A stretch of 64,000 bases of DNA. It comes from Carcharhinus amblyrhynchos (lineage: Eukaryota). Positions 10,880 through 23,628 of the stretch are shown here, piece after piece. A model generated the notes under the pieces. The model was not told where the DNA came from and did no database searches. It saw only the letters and a program-made list of their open reading frames with translations. How positions within the stretch are numbered: position 1 is the stretch's first letter; each line of letters starts with the position of its first letter. The DNA is taken from the NCBI GenBank assembly GCA_965287045.1, contig OZ336885.1:61008001-61072000 (forward strand). The letters run 5' to 3'. The position numbers and the translations under genes are program-made.

Positions 10880-11395
10880 TGACAAAGAAAAGCACAGCAC
10901 AGGGCCAGACGCCTCGGCCTTCCAAGGCAATGCAGATCACGATATCTGCCTATACTAAAACTGCATGGTCTTATGGAGTCTCCATCCTTCCATTTCCAAC
11001 GTATCATTTTTTTTTGTCTAGCTGCCCCTGAAATGAAGGTATTGCACCTGCTCCACCACCTCGAGCAGATCGTTTCAGACATTCACCGCCTTTGTATCAA
11101 AAACTTTGCCTTTCCCATCTCCTCTAAAGTTTCCCCCACACAACTTAATCCTATGTCTCCTCGTACTTGACTCTTTTATCCAAGAGAAAAAAAATCTGAC
11201 TGTCAACTTTGTCCATGCAACTTATAATCTTTGTAATTATCTGTCAGGTCACCCCTCAACCTAGGTCATTCCAGTAAGAACAGACCAAGTTACCCAACCT
11301 CTCCTCAGAGCTAATATCCTCCAGAGCAGGCAACATCCTGTTTAACCATTTCTGTACCACTGCAAAACAATCACATTCTTGTTCTGTGGAGACCA
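10880..11395 (-). mobile_element. Old CR1 LINE 3' fragment
   Basis: Antisense CR1 3' signature (tcaggtcacccctcaacct..caggcaacatcctg..tgtggagaccag), alignable to 1740-1900. Confidence 0.8.
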
Positions 11396-11399
11396 GCAA

Positions 11400-12680
11400 G
11401 CTCAGAGACTCCCACATTTCATCTGTCTACAGCTGCTTACACGAGATATCGCGTAAGAATTCCATCTCATTTTCTCACTTCCTTTGCTTCTGTCATATCT
11501 GACCTGATGATTGAACATTAAAAAAAAGTTGGTGGCATTAACTTATTATTCCAAAATCATGTTTCTTCGCCCACTGTGGTTGTCAGAGTTCTCAGCCGTG
11601 AACGATCCATCACCCAATTTGCTGCTCACACTGCTCCACTCCCTTCTAGAAACAGAAATAGTCTGTATTCTCCATGCTTTTCTCCTCCAAGTTCAAGTGA
11701 TCATTCTCCGTAATTTCCGGGAATTCGAACATGAAGATACCACACAACATATGTTCCTCTTATCTCCTCACCAATCTTGTCCATTCTCTGTTGGGTCCAG
11801 TTCCTCTGAGATGTCATGGCGCCTTCCCCCATCTCACCGAACATTTTACCCACCACCACTAACACCTTGCCATTCTATTGTTATAAATGCATCACCTACA
11901 TTTTCATCTCCTCCCTGCTCACAATCCCAGGGCTCAAAAAGTATTTTGCCGTGAAGCTGCACTTCGCGCATACATCTTTTAATCTAGCCTATTGCATTCG
12001 CTGCTCCTACATCAATGAAGCTAAACGGAAAGTGAATGATCGCTTTGCAGTACACATTGCTCCATTCACAAGCCGGATGGAGGCCTTCCTGTTGCTTGAT
12101 ATGTCAACAACACACGGTACTTTCCTGCCCAGATGTCTATCCTTGGCATTTTGCAAAGTTGCTTTGAAGTCTAAGGTAAACTGAAAAAACAGTGGTACGG
12201 CTTCCGATTAGGCACTTCACAGCTGTGTGCGCTATTGTGCTTGATATCTTCTTTTTCTTGTCATTCCAAAATTAGATTGCTTTATATTCTTACTTTTGTT
12301 CTTCCACTTCTAAAGTTTACCACCTTGCTTCACAGCCTTCGTTTTCCAGCCCTCTATCACTTGCACATATATCCCTGCACTTCGCTCATTTGTTCTGCCA
12401 TTTGTATCATCCGTTATTTAATGGACACTTTTAGAAATATTCTATCGTTACCCTCACCATTTGCATTCTCTTGGCCTTTTTTTCTCTCGATGTTATTCCT
12501 GTCAACTGTTACCACCCGTGCCACTCTCCTCACTTTCATAACACAAATCTTATCCAAATTTCTTTGGATTCATCTCCCACTCAGTTCAGACCGACCTGAA
12601 TCTTTGGCTCAATTCTCTCTTTACAAATGTATTCAGACTTGCGAATATTTTTCAACATTTCCTGTTTTTGTGTGATTTAA
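11400..12680 (+). mobile_element. Penelope-like element remnant (RT C-terminus plus GIY-YIG endonuclease)
   Basis: KNSISFSHFLCFCHI (RT C-terminal SIPFSQFLR-like motif, ~11456); FAHTSFNLAYCIRCS.YINEAKRKVNDRFAVH (GIY-YIG) in ORF 11816-12184; PLE-type 3' terminus ~12590-12670. Confidence 0.8.
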
Positions 12681-12979
12681 AAGTCATGTATTGCAGTCAG
12701 GGACAGAATCATTTTCTGAATTAGAAGATTATTATTCGGGCTGCGGAACACACGTTTTACAAGAGGCCATTGGAGTTAGCTCAGTCACGATGCAAAGCCC
12801 AGGGACAATGCACGCCAAAAACCAAAATTGAGACTGAGGCATATAGAACATAGAACAAATGCAGGACCTTCAGCCATTCTAAACTTCTCCGCAGTTCTAT
12901 ATGATCATGGATGATGCTCCCACGCAATAGCTTAATCCCATCTTCCCCAATATCCTTTGATCTTTTTCACCTCAAGTTT

Positions 12980-14165
12980 TTCAAGGTTGGCAAACTTGCA
13001 GATAGTGATGAGGAATGGCAGAGGGTACAGCCAGATGCATGTCGATTGGATACTTGGGCAGAGAAATGTCAGGTGGAGTTTTATCCGGATAAATTTGAGG
13101 TTATGCATTTTGGAAGATCTAATAAAGAGTAAATGACAGAAGTCTTAAGAGTATTGGCAGGCAGATCGATCTGAGTGTACACTTAGGTCGCTGAAAGTGG
13201 CAACAAAGGTGGGAAATTTGGCTGAGAAGGTGTTTGGCATGCAAGCCTTCAACGGCCAAGACTTCGAGTTTTTTTTAATGGCAAGTCGTGTTGCAGCTTT
13301 ATAGAAACATAGTTGGGCCACACTTGCAATGTAGTGAACAATTCTAGTCTCCACACTCCCAGAAGGATGTGGCCCAGCGAGTGTAGAGAAAAGATTTAGC
13401 AGGACGTTGCCTGGTATGCACGGTATGAGCTATAAGGAGAATTGGGAGAAACTTGGTTTGGCCTCACTGTAACGACTGAGATTGACGGTGATCAGATGGA
13501 AGTGTATAGGGTTATAAGTGGCATGGACAGAATGGTTAGTCAGAAGCATTTTCCCAGTTGTAGAAGTGCCAATTACTATGGGGCATACGTTTAAGGCGCT
13601 AAAGTGCCAGGTAAAAAGACTGGGTAGTGAGAGATCCTTTTTTTTAAAACTTACTACTAACTCCCTAAACTGCTGCTGGTACGATAAGATTTATAAGAGA
13701 TGTACGAGACATGCGTTTGTATTTGTGATGTGGGGGGGGGGGGGGTGGGGGCAGGCGTTGGACTGGGGTAAGCACAGTAAGAAGTCTGACAACACCAGGT
13801 TAAAGTCCAACAATTCATGCGGTAGCACAAACCACAACTTTCGGAGCACTGCCCCTTCACAGTGCCCTGAAAGCTTGTGGTTTGCGCTACCAAATAAACC
13901 TGTTGGACTATAACTTAGTGCTGTGGGACTTCTTCCTGTTTTTTTTCGACAGATGTTGGCGGGTGTATGGAACTCGCTACCGTGGGGTGTAATGGAAGCA
14001 GATATGATTGTGACTTCAAAAGGGTTTCTGGACAAATGCATGAATAGGATGGGAATGGAGAGATATGGTCCCCAGAAGGGTAGGGATTTTTAGTACAGTC
14101 GGGCAGCATGGTCGGCGCAGGTTGAGAGGGCGGAAAGGCCTGTTCTTTTTTTTGTTCTTTGTTCT
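12980..14165 (+). mobile_element. CR1 LINE 3' part, interrupted at ~13625-13950
   Basis: RLDTWAEKCQVEFYPDKFEVMHFGRSN (ORF 12911-13132) continuing to a CR1 3' UTR with TTCTTTG tail at ~14145-14165; a short antisense CR1 tail abuts at 12840-12970. Confidence 0.85.
13727..13939. mobile_element. Penelope-derived foldback (inverted pLTR) mini-element
   Basis: acagtaagaagtctgacaacaccaggttaaagtccaaca (13774) is the imperfect reverse complement of tgttggactataacttagtgctgtgggacttcttcctgt (to 13939); same termini as the 22966-23628 element. Confidence 0.85.
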
Positions 14166-14169
14166 TCGA

Positions 14170-17100
14170 TTTAACGCCTTCATCCTGAACTATTCTGTTG
14201 AACCACTCTGAACGTTCTCCAATGTCAGCACAACCCCCTCAAGTAACGAGATCAAAAGTGAACACAATACATCAGATCTGATCTCAGCAACACCCTAGAC
14301 AAAAACAACAACAGCTCAATTCTTTATACTCCAGTCCTTTTGCAGCAAAAGGGGGATTGAATATAAAAGTAGGGAGGTCTTGCTGCAGCTGTATAGGGCA
14401 TTGGTGAGGCCGCAGCTGGAGTACTGTGTGCAGTTTTGGGCGCCGCACCTGCGCAAGGATATTTTGGCCCTGGAGGGAGTGCAGAGGAGGTTTACTAGGC
14501 TGATACCGGAGTTGAGGGGGTTGAGCTATGAGGAGAGGCTGAATAAACTGGGCTTGTACTCGTTAGAGTTTAGAAGAATGAGGGGAGATCTCATTGAGAC
14601 GTATAAGATGATGAATGGGATGGATAGGATAGAGGTGGAAAGACTCTTCCCGCTCAAAAAAGACAGTAGGACTAGGGGGCACAGCCTCAAGATAAAGGGG
14701 GGGCGGTTCAGAACGGAGTTGAGGAGGAACTTCTTCACTCAAAGGGTGGTGAATCTCTGGAATTCTCTGCCCGTTGAAGTGGTGGAGGCTGCCTCGCTAA
14801 ATATTTTTAAGAAGCGGGTTGATGGGTTTTTGATAAGAGAGGGGATTAAGGGTTATGGGGAGAGGGCGGGAAAGTGGAACTGAGCCACGACAGATCAGCC
14901 ATGATCTTATTGAATGGCGGGGCAGGCTCGAAGGGCCAGATGGCCTACTCCTGCTCCTATTTCTTATGTTCTTATGTTCTTATGTTCAAATGCCAACATA
15001 TTATTTGCCTTTAAAAAGTACATTCTGCATGTGCACACTGACGCGTGTGATTCATGGAGAAAGGCACCCTGATCCCCCTGCGTGCCTCATTTTGAATATG
15101 CTTACCATTTAGGTAATAATTTGTCTTTGAATGAGGTTTTTTCTGTAAAAGATGATATTCTCATACTCATCACATTAGCTCTTTACATTTCACCAGACAG
15201 GGAAATGCCACTTCATCCTGATGTTTGGATTTTTGTCAGTCAGCCAATCCTCAATCCAATTTGATACTTCACCCCAATTCTCTGCGATGTCAACTCCTGA
15301 ATCAGTCTTCTACGTGGCACTTTAGCAAACGCCTTCTGGAAGCCCAGTTTTACGGCATCCATAGGCAGTTGACTATCCACCTCGATGGCAACGTCACCAA
15401 ATGACTCAAGAACGCTTGTCAGGCATGATTTTTCCCTACATGAGATCATGCTCAGCAATTGTGGTTGTGCTTTGTTTTTCGAAATGTTTATTCACCTCCC
15501 CCTTAATGATAGATTCCAGCAACGTGCCGGCCAGAAATTTCAAGCTAACTGCCCTATAGTTACCTACTTTTAACCCACTCACTTTTTGAGTAGTGGCTTT
15601 AGATTTGTCTGTTCCATTCCACGGGAACCTTATCAGTGTCCAAGGAATTTTGTACTATCACAACCATTGCCTGCAGCGCCACTGCTGCGAACTCCTTTAA
15701 TACTCTCGGGTGCAGGTCGTAAATTCCAAGATTCTTATCTGACTTTCATATCATTAGTATGTTCAATACCCTCTCACTACTCATGCTAATTCCATCAAGT
15801 TGCTCTAAATTAACGATAGTTTGCTATTGGAAAATTGTTATATCTTCTTCCGTGGGCATAGAAGTAAAATGTTGGTTTCGTACAGCTGCCGTCTCTTTGT
15901 TTCCCTTTAACACTTCACTAGTATCCCCCTCAAAATGGCCAACATTTAGTTTCGTTATGCTCTTCCTCTTTGTATACTTGTAATTTAAAAAAAAATTGTG
16001 CTTACATTTTCTCCCAACCTTGTGAAGATGGCATGTTGTCAGATGGTCAGGAATTTTGTTGCTCCTTATTCCTGAATGTAAGGGACCTACATTTAACTTC
16101 AGTAATTATATATCGTCATAGAACTGCTTATCAATTTTCAGTCTTTGCTTTTCCAATTCCCCATGGGCTTCCTCTCATATTCCATTTTCCCTTCTTGAGC
16201 AGTTCCTGGGTTCTCATTTTCCGAATTCAAAACTTCTGTTAATCTTAAAGTCCGTTGCTTTACCTGGCCAAGTTCTATGCCTGTCACTTGGATCTCATAA
16301 TATTTCCAATTTTCCCTGTAATCCATGGTTTGGCCACCATTCCTATTTGACTTTTGTGTCAAACACGATGAAATGATATTTGGACTTCGTCCATGCATTC
16401 CTACAACGCCTGCCATTTTCCATAAACGTCAACCCTTCAAGCTAAGTTTGCTGATCTATTATTGCTTGCTCATGCCTAATGGCATCATAGAGTATTTTGT
16501 TTAGATTCGGGACCCGGGTCTCAGTACCAGCTAAGTAACTCTCCAGCTCGAAGGACAATTGAATCATATTATTGACATTCATCCCCAAGGGCAGTGTCAA
16601 GCAATGAGGTTGCCAATAGTTCCTTCATGATTGCAGACTGTCTAGTTGGAATTCTTCACGAATTCTTCCTCAACGGTCTTTTAACTGATTTCATTTTCCT
16701 AATCTATATGCTGATTACAATTAATCATATTTGGAGACGGGCATTAATCGCACGCATGTCTAATTTTACATTTAAGGTAACTGTCAAAATCACCACATCA
16801 TATCCGTTCACTTAACTGGACGATTAATTTAAAGACATATTACAAATCAATTCAAACTTTCTTTGTAACTCCTAATATGCTGTTTTTCGGACTTCATATT
16901 TGTCTTTTGTTATTTCCCCGTGTGTTTGGACAAAAAGAATTTCGTCTCAAAATGTTAACATTACTGTTCGTGTTCAGTGTATTTTCCACTGGGATCCCAG
17001 TTAAGTCTGGCACTTTGTTTCTCTGACTATCTTATTCGTCCTTCTGTATATGAGTCACGTACTTAATCACCTCCCAGCGCATCCCCACCCAGCCCGAAAT

Positions 17101-17450
17101 CTTGCATATTCTCTAATGCTCCTCCCATTTAAGTAAAATCCTCTGCAACAACTTTTTGCAAAACACAACCCTTAAGACGTCAGTCCCTGCCCTATTCACG
17201 TATGGTTTCCATTTGTTCCATCCGCCTCTGAATCTGTCCCAAAGCCTTAAGAATCCGAATTACATCCTCTCCCTTTACCAAAACACCTTCCCGCCCATTC
17301 CGCCCGTCCCGCCCTCGCACCATAAATTCAGCCACGTATTCATTTGAAATATTCTATTATTTTTGCACTGAGTAACAGATGAAACTGTTAGTAATCCCGA
17401 AATGACTACTATTGAGGTCCCAATTGACAATCGAGAGCGATTTTTTTTCT
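14170..17450 (-). mobile_element. Old, long CR1 LINE (RT, endonuclease and upstream parts), interrupted by a young CR1
   Basis: Minus-strand ANNMLAF|AAKGLEYK across the insertion; KSCLTSVLESF..MDAVKLGFQKAFAKVP..RL (ORF 15240-15458); degenerate upstream CR1 sequence. Confidence 0.8.
14346..14987 (+). mobile_element. Young 5'-truncated CR1 LINE
   Basis: Uninterrupted ORF 14380-14883 LYRALVRPQLEYCVQFWAP..RRMRGDLIETYK..RNFFTQRVVNLWNSLP; (TTCTTATG)n tail; short CAAA target duplication. Confidence 0.97.
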
Positions 17451-17954
17451 GTCTTTGGCACTCATCCCCACCGCCCCCCCCACCCGATTTCATTGACACA
17501 GACGTGCAACACCGCCAATATCGTTCACCCTTCTACTCCAGAACGTCATGCAATCGTCCTTAACCTAATGAAGCAACCTTGAAATCTACGAGTCCTCTTC
17601 TTTGACAAAGAAATATTTATTCCCCTTATTATCGAATCACATGTAAAAAATGATTCTAAAGCAGCATTCTCCTGCCATCCCCATAAAAATCAAACGTAGT
17701 GCAAGGAATTTTACTTCTGTTGCTTTCCTTTGTGAGTTATTCATGTGAACATGTTCCAACACAGTATGTATAGATTTTTTTTTCACGAAAATGGGCAACA
17801 GGGATTCGTGCATTAAGCAAGCAAGTCAAAGATCGGTTATATGATCTCTGCGGTGAAGAAAGCCTGTCGCCTATACAAAAACAAAATCTCAGCAGTGATA
17901 TTGGTGTTATTCTAATTAAATAGCTACTGCATATACGATAGCGGAGTTTATGAG

Positions 17955-18100
17955 GCATCTGGATAAACACATGGAAAAAATGGAAATGGAAGGATACGGA
18001 ATCCGTAAGTGCATAGAGTTTTCGTTTGGGCAGGCATCATGACCGGCCCAGGCTTGGAGTGCCTCGGGACCTGTTCCTGTTCTTTACTCTTTTGTTCTTA
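17955..18100 (+). mobile_element. CR1 3' UTR fragment
   Basis: ctggataaacacatg..ggcatcatgaccggcccaggcttggag..cctgttcctg..ttctt tail, alignable to 21490-21630. Confidence 0.7.
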
Positions 18101-19789
18101 GTGCGATCAACAAATATACCTCCAACTTCAGTTTAGTTTCTGCCATTGGCTTTCAAAGAAAAAATATCAGTTTACAAACACGTCGAAAAAACAGCCATTG
18201 GGTAAAAACATTAAAAAAAAGTGTTGGATATTGGCAAACAAAAAAAAAGGTCCATGATGCCATAATAAGGGAATATATCTGATCTTATTTATGTCTCATT
18301 TCACATTCCGATCATGACGTCAATGTTGTTGATGCTTAACCGCATAGAAAGTCAATTTGCAGGTAAATCAATTGCAGTCCAGCTCTTTCACTCTAAAGCG
18401 AGGTAAAACATGACGTCGTTCATAGATATTAATCGGCAAAGCGCAAGTGGACCAACACGTGGTGTCAATCAGTTTATCGCTGCATATGTTAAAGCCATTA
18501 AATGTTCCAAAGTGTATTTTCATTTGCGTTGCGGCAAATATTCAGCCAAATTTCACGAGTTGGGCGTAAAAAGCAGAAATGCAATGTGCCCGTAACTTCC
18601 GCAAATTTTTGCAACTTGATGTTTTGCTTTTTCAGTGTGAAGATGGAACATTGACGTATCATGTCGTGCAAAAAATGCCCCTCGGTCAATGCAACACTTC
18701 CAACAGCCATTAGGGCTACATCACGTCTCAAAGACACATTAAGAAATAACTAAATCGGAATCAACATCTTTAACAGCAATTTTGAGAACAACTTTTGAAT
18801 ATATAATTTAATTTAAAAGGAATACCTATATTTTTTTCTTGCAGTAATTTATCTGAAAATGATGTGCAAATCACTGTTTGTTTGAAGACATCATTGTTAA
18901 ATAAACCACACCTTACTATGGTTTAAACTCACGGAGTTGATATAAAACAACATGATTAGATTTACGACAAAGGATCTAAATTCCAAGGTGTCAATTATAG
19001 ATAACACTAGGTATCATTATTTTGAGGAAACAAAGCTAATGCTTCAAACTGCTGAATGCAAGAATAATAAAACAGATTATAAAGGAAATGAAAATCCATG
19101 GGTCTGAAACGTCCGTAATGCCACTATGATGAAGGTAATTGAAATACCATTCAGTTAATGAGATATGGGTACGTTCAACATCTCAAGCAGAATCTCCTCG
19201 ATACACTCTGATTGACAGGCGTGTTTCTCTTATTGTAGTGTGTATCTATGAACAGACGATACAAGATTCATCTGCCTCCACATAGCTAGGTTCCACCGAG
19301 ATTTAGCATTCCTTATCCTTTTTTGACAACTGGGCAGATTAAATGTGGGGTCTATGTTTGTGAATGTAGCTGTGGATAATTTTGGAGATTGGTTGACAGG
19401 TCGGTGAGTTTAGGCAACAGGCTGCGTGACGATGTGAATAGAAAAGTAATTTTCTAGAGTTCCTGTCGCAGTTTGTAGGGCAGAGGTCTTTCTCTAAACC
19501 TAATCTTGCATCGCTGCAGCTCTGTTTCTGCTGGCGCAATATGCGCAAATGCAGCAAAAGCTGTAACGGTTGAGAGAGTGCCAGCGGGGAGATTGCCCGC
19601 GGAAATGCAGTCAACGCGCGCTAATTACATTGACTAACGCGTACGAATACTGATGCTGTGAAGATGGGCTGAGAAAATTGCTAACTTATGGGACAGCTTT
19701 TCTCTGGCATTATCCTGTACAGCCAAAACCTGTGCCTCAGGGCGAACAGGATACATTAGGAGCAAAGGGTTAGCAATATGAATACCAAG

Positions 19790-21635
19790 ACCACTCTAGG
19801 ACGATGATTTGAAATGGGTAAAATTCTTAATGACTGCTTTGAATGGGTATTCACCAAGGAGAAGAGAATGGCGAATGTTGATGTGATGGATAAATATGTG
19901 AAAAGCCTTGAGAAGGTCAGTCTCTCGACAGAGGAATTTTGGATATCTTAAATTGCAATGGAGTAGATAACTCCATGTGTCCGGATGGGGTCGATTCCAT
20001 GTTACTGCAGGAGCCAAGGGAAGAAATATTTGGAGACTTAACAGATGACTTCACATCACTCTTGACAATAGGCGGGGTTCCAGAGGACGAGCAAATAGCC
20101 AATTCTATTTCTCCGTTTCAGATTGGAAGAAGGGGTACGCAGGATATTGTGGGTCGGTGAGAATGACATCAATAGTAGTGAACCATTCGGAGAAGATTCT
20201 GATGGACAAAACATATGCACATTTGGAAAAAAAAATGACTAGTTAGTGACAGGCAGCATGATTTTGCACGGGGAAGGCCATTTTCGTTTTGAAGAGGGGG
20301 CAGAGTTATGGTGTGGTTGTAGTTTATATGTACTTTAGTAAGTGATTGACAGGGTCCCATTTGGCAGACTGACACAGAAGACATGAAATTCGTGATGGGC
20401 TTCCAAGATGTACACAGAACTAGCTTGGTCATAGAAAACAGAGAAGAGAAGCGGAAGGTTTATTTTCGGAATGGAGATCTGTAGCTAATGGTGTTCTGCA
20501 GGGATCACTGGTTGGGCTTTTGTTGCTTGTAGCATATATAAATTATCTACAGAAAAATATGAGTAGTATTATTGGTAAGTTTGTGAATGACACAAAGATT
20601 GCTGGAATTGATCGAAATGCCACTGATTGTCAGAGCATAAAATAGGATGCAGATAGATTTTAGAATTCAGCACAGAAATGATAGATGCAGTTTAATCTGG
20701 CCAAGTGCGAGGTAATGCAATTAAGAGGATCAAATTTAGGTGTGAATTACACTGCAAATGACAGAAAGCAGGATTAGGCTATTCAGTTGGACGATCAAAC
20801 ATCCAAAAGGCGGAGTGGACTCGAAGGGCCGAATTGCCTCTTTCTGCTTTTATTATCCATGCTTCTATATTTCCATGTCAATACTTAGAATGCTAAAATG
20901 CAGAGGGGTCTTAGCGTGCATATCCACAGTTCCCTAATAGTGTCAACACATGTGGCAAAGTTGATGGGACATGTGACATGAATTCCTTCATCGACTGGGG
21001 CTTTGAGTACAAGGGTTGGCAAATGATGTTGCGGCCATTTCGAACTGTGTTTAGACCGCATTTGTTGTATTTTACTCGTTTCTGTTCTCCACCCTACCAG
21101 AAGCACGTGGAAGGTTTGATGAGAGTGCAACAAAGGATCACCCAGGATGTTGCGTGCTTTCAAGGGCGTTGGTCATGAGGAGAGTTTGAATACAATAGGA
21201 TTATTTTCACTGGAAAGACAGTGGGAGGGGGTTGGGGGTGGAGGAGTTGGGGGGGGTGGGGTGGCTTGTAGATTTCTACAAAATAATAAGAGGCATAGAC
21301 AAGGTGGAGAATAAGATTTTTTTTGCTAAGATGGATGTATCCATTACAAGGTGGCATAGGTTCAAAGTGAGAGAGGTGAAAGACTAAGCGTGATGTAGAT
21401 GGAACACATTTCGCAGAGAGTTTTGGATGAGAGGCAGGCGTTGGCAGTGGATACGGCGGGAACAGGCGCATTAGGCACATTTAAGAGACATCTGGATTGG
21501 TACTTTAATAAGGAAGAATAGTCCGAATTACAACAAACCTTTTTCACATTCGTCAGGGCATCATGATCAGAAGGGCTTGGCGGGCCGAATGACCTGTTCC
21601 TCTGCTGTACTTTTCTCCGTTCTTTGTTGTTTATG
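19790..21635 (+). mobile_element. Old CR1 LINE ORF2 (RT) with internal deletions and 3' tail
   Basis: CPDGVDSMLLQEPREEI..GGVPEDEQIANSISPF (ORF 19939); degenerate GVLQGSL.G and KFVNDTKI; EYKG..LRPF..FRPHL; CR1 3' UTR; an extra CR1-type tail at ~20790-20870. Confidence 0.85.
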
Positions 21636-22965
21636 CTCTACAGTCTAATCATTGGCGGGTCAATTTGAATCACAGTATCACAACGTGTTTAATAACGAAG
21701 TTTAATTTAAATCCTCATAAATATTATGCTCTATGATAAAGGTATCAAACTGATAACGCGGAGACCAGTCCTGAGCAAATGAAGTTCATTTGCTGTATTA
21801 GTGTCTAATAACAGCGGGGGAAATTCGGCACCATCTGGGTGCAATATCATTCATTCCAGGTTATGAAACTTGACAAGATGCGGTTGTACTCTTTCATTGA
21901 TGTTGCAATTTTGCGTGACATTTTTGAATTCGCTTCGATGGTCGAGCTGCCCAATCTCTGAACACAGGCCTCCAATGTGGTCTGAGCTAACATTTTGACG
22001 TCTTGGAATTCCAGGTGAAAGGGACTGCTGTGGAACTGAATTTAATCACTGACAGCGCAAGAAACGCCTTTTAAAACATACGCAATGACTTCGCTTTGAA
22101 ATGCTGTGGCTTTATGAACTGCATTCTTAATTACTAAAACTTTTGTTGTAACATGATACCAAGGAGATCGTATATGTTAATAATTTTCAGAAAGAATTGA
22201 GGAATGCCAGTCTATAATTAGCTGCATAGAACGGACAACTATTGGTGATTTGTTTTTCTTTGGTGGTGGTAATGTGTGTGTGTGCGTGGGGCGGGGGGGC
22301 GGGGGAGCCGTGGTGGGGCGGGGCGGGGGGGGAGCGTGGTAGTGGCCGGCACGATGGCACACTGATTAACACCACTGTCCAACAACACCAGAGTTTCTGT
22401 TTTGTTTCCAGTATTTGGTTACAGTTCTGTCTGGACTTCGCACGTCCTCCCCGCGTTTGTATGAGTCTTTTTTTTAATGCTCCATTTTGCACTCACAGTT
22501 CAATGATTTTGGGCTTAGATGGTTTGGCAATGGTAAGTAACAATTGGTGTCCAAATATGTACTGGTTGGATGGATTAGCTTATTCGAAAACTTTTCTTTT
22601 ATGTTTTCATTAGAATATATCCTTCTTCACAATTCCAGGGCAGTGTGTCCATGCAGAGTAAGATGAAAAATTACACCAGTTATGTGCAACATCCGAAATA
22701 AATTGACTATAGAGTGATTTAAAATTGTGGAAACTGTTGGATGGCCAACTGAAATAAAGAGCATTGGCAGATCCTTTGAAATTTTACTTGTACTGTCAAA
22801 TGTTTGTTGTCGAATTTGTGACTGCATAAACTGTTCATTTTCACGTTGAGCATCTTCACTTGTGAGCAATATGGCCAGAATGTCAGTCAATATATTTAGT
22901 TTAATACCAGACGTCAAAATTAATCTCTCATTCATACAAGAGAACAAAACTGCCACTGTACCTTG

Positions 22966-23628
22966 ATGTGGAGATGCTGGCGTTGGACTGGGGTAAACAC
23001 AGTAAGAAGCCTCACAACGTCAGGTTGAACTCCAAAAGGTTTATTCTGCATTCACAGGCATGTACATTGGGGAGACCTTGCAGAAGCTACGGCAACAGAT
23101 GAATGAACAGTGCTCGGCAACCACCAGGCAAGAATGTTCTCTTCCTGTTGGGGGAGAAATCAGCGGTCACGAGATTCGGCGTCTGATCTTCTGGTAAGCG
23201 TTCTCCAAGGCGGCCTTCACGACACACGACAACGCAGAGTTGATGAGCAGAGACTAATAGCCAAGTTCCATACACATGAGGACAGCCTCAACTGGAGCCT
23301 TGGGTTCATGCCACACTATCTGTAACCGTCACGACTTTCCTGAGCTTGCAAAATCTCACCAACTGTCCTGTCCGGAGACAATGCACATCTCTTTAACCTG
23401 TGCTTAACGCTTGCTCCACTCACATTGTGTGTATCTTTAAGACTTGATTACCTGAAAAGGTTCGCATTCCATCCGTTATTTTGTGAACTTATTATCCGTC
23501 ATTATATGCCCGATTGTGAACGGAACTCCCACTTAAGTGACGAAGGGGCAGCGCTCAGGAAGCTATTGTTTTTTGCTACCAAATAAACCTGTTGGACTTT
23601 AACCTGATGTTGTGAAGCTTCTTACTGT
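22966..23628 (+). mobile_element. Penelope-like element, 5'-truncated, with inverted pLTR
   Basis: YIGETLQKLRQQMNE..SASDLLVSVLQGGLHDTRQRRVDEQRLIAKFHTHEDSLNWSLGFMPHYL* (GIY-YIG C-terminus); terminal inverted repeat ~22998-23046 vs 23582-23628. Confidence 0.92.

Noticed and set aside
14380-14883. 167-aa intact ORF as a host gene
   Set aside because: It is the C-terminus of CR1 ORF2 in a 5'-truncated insertion.
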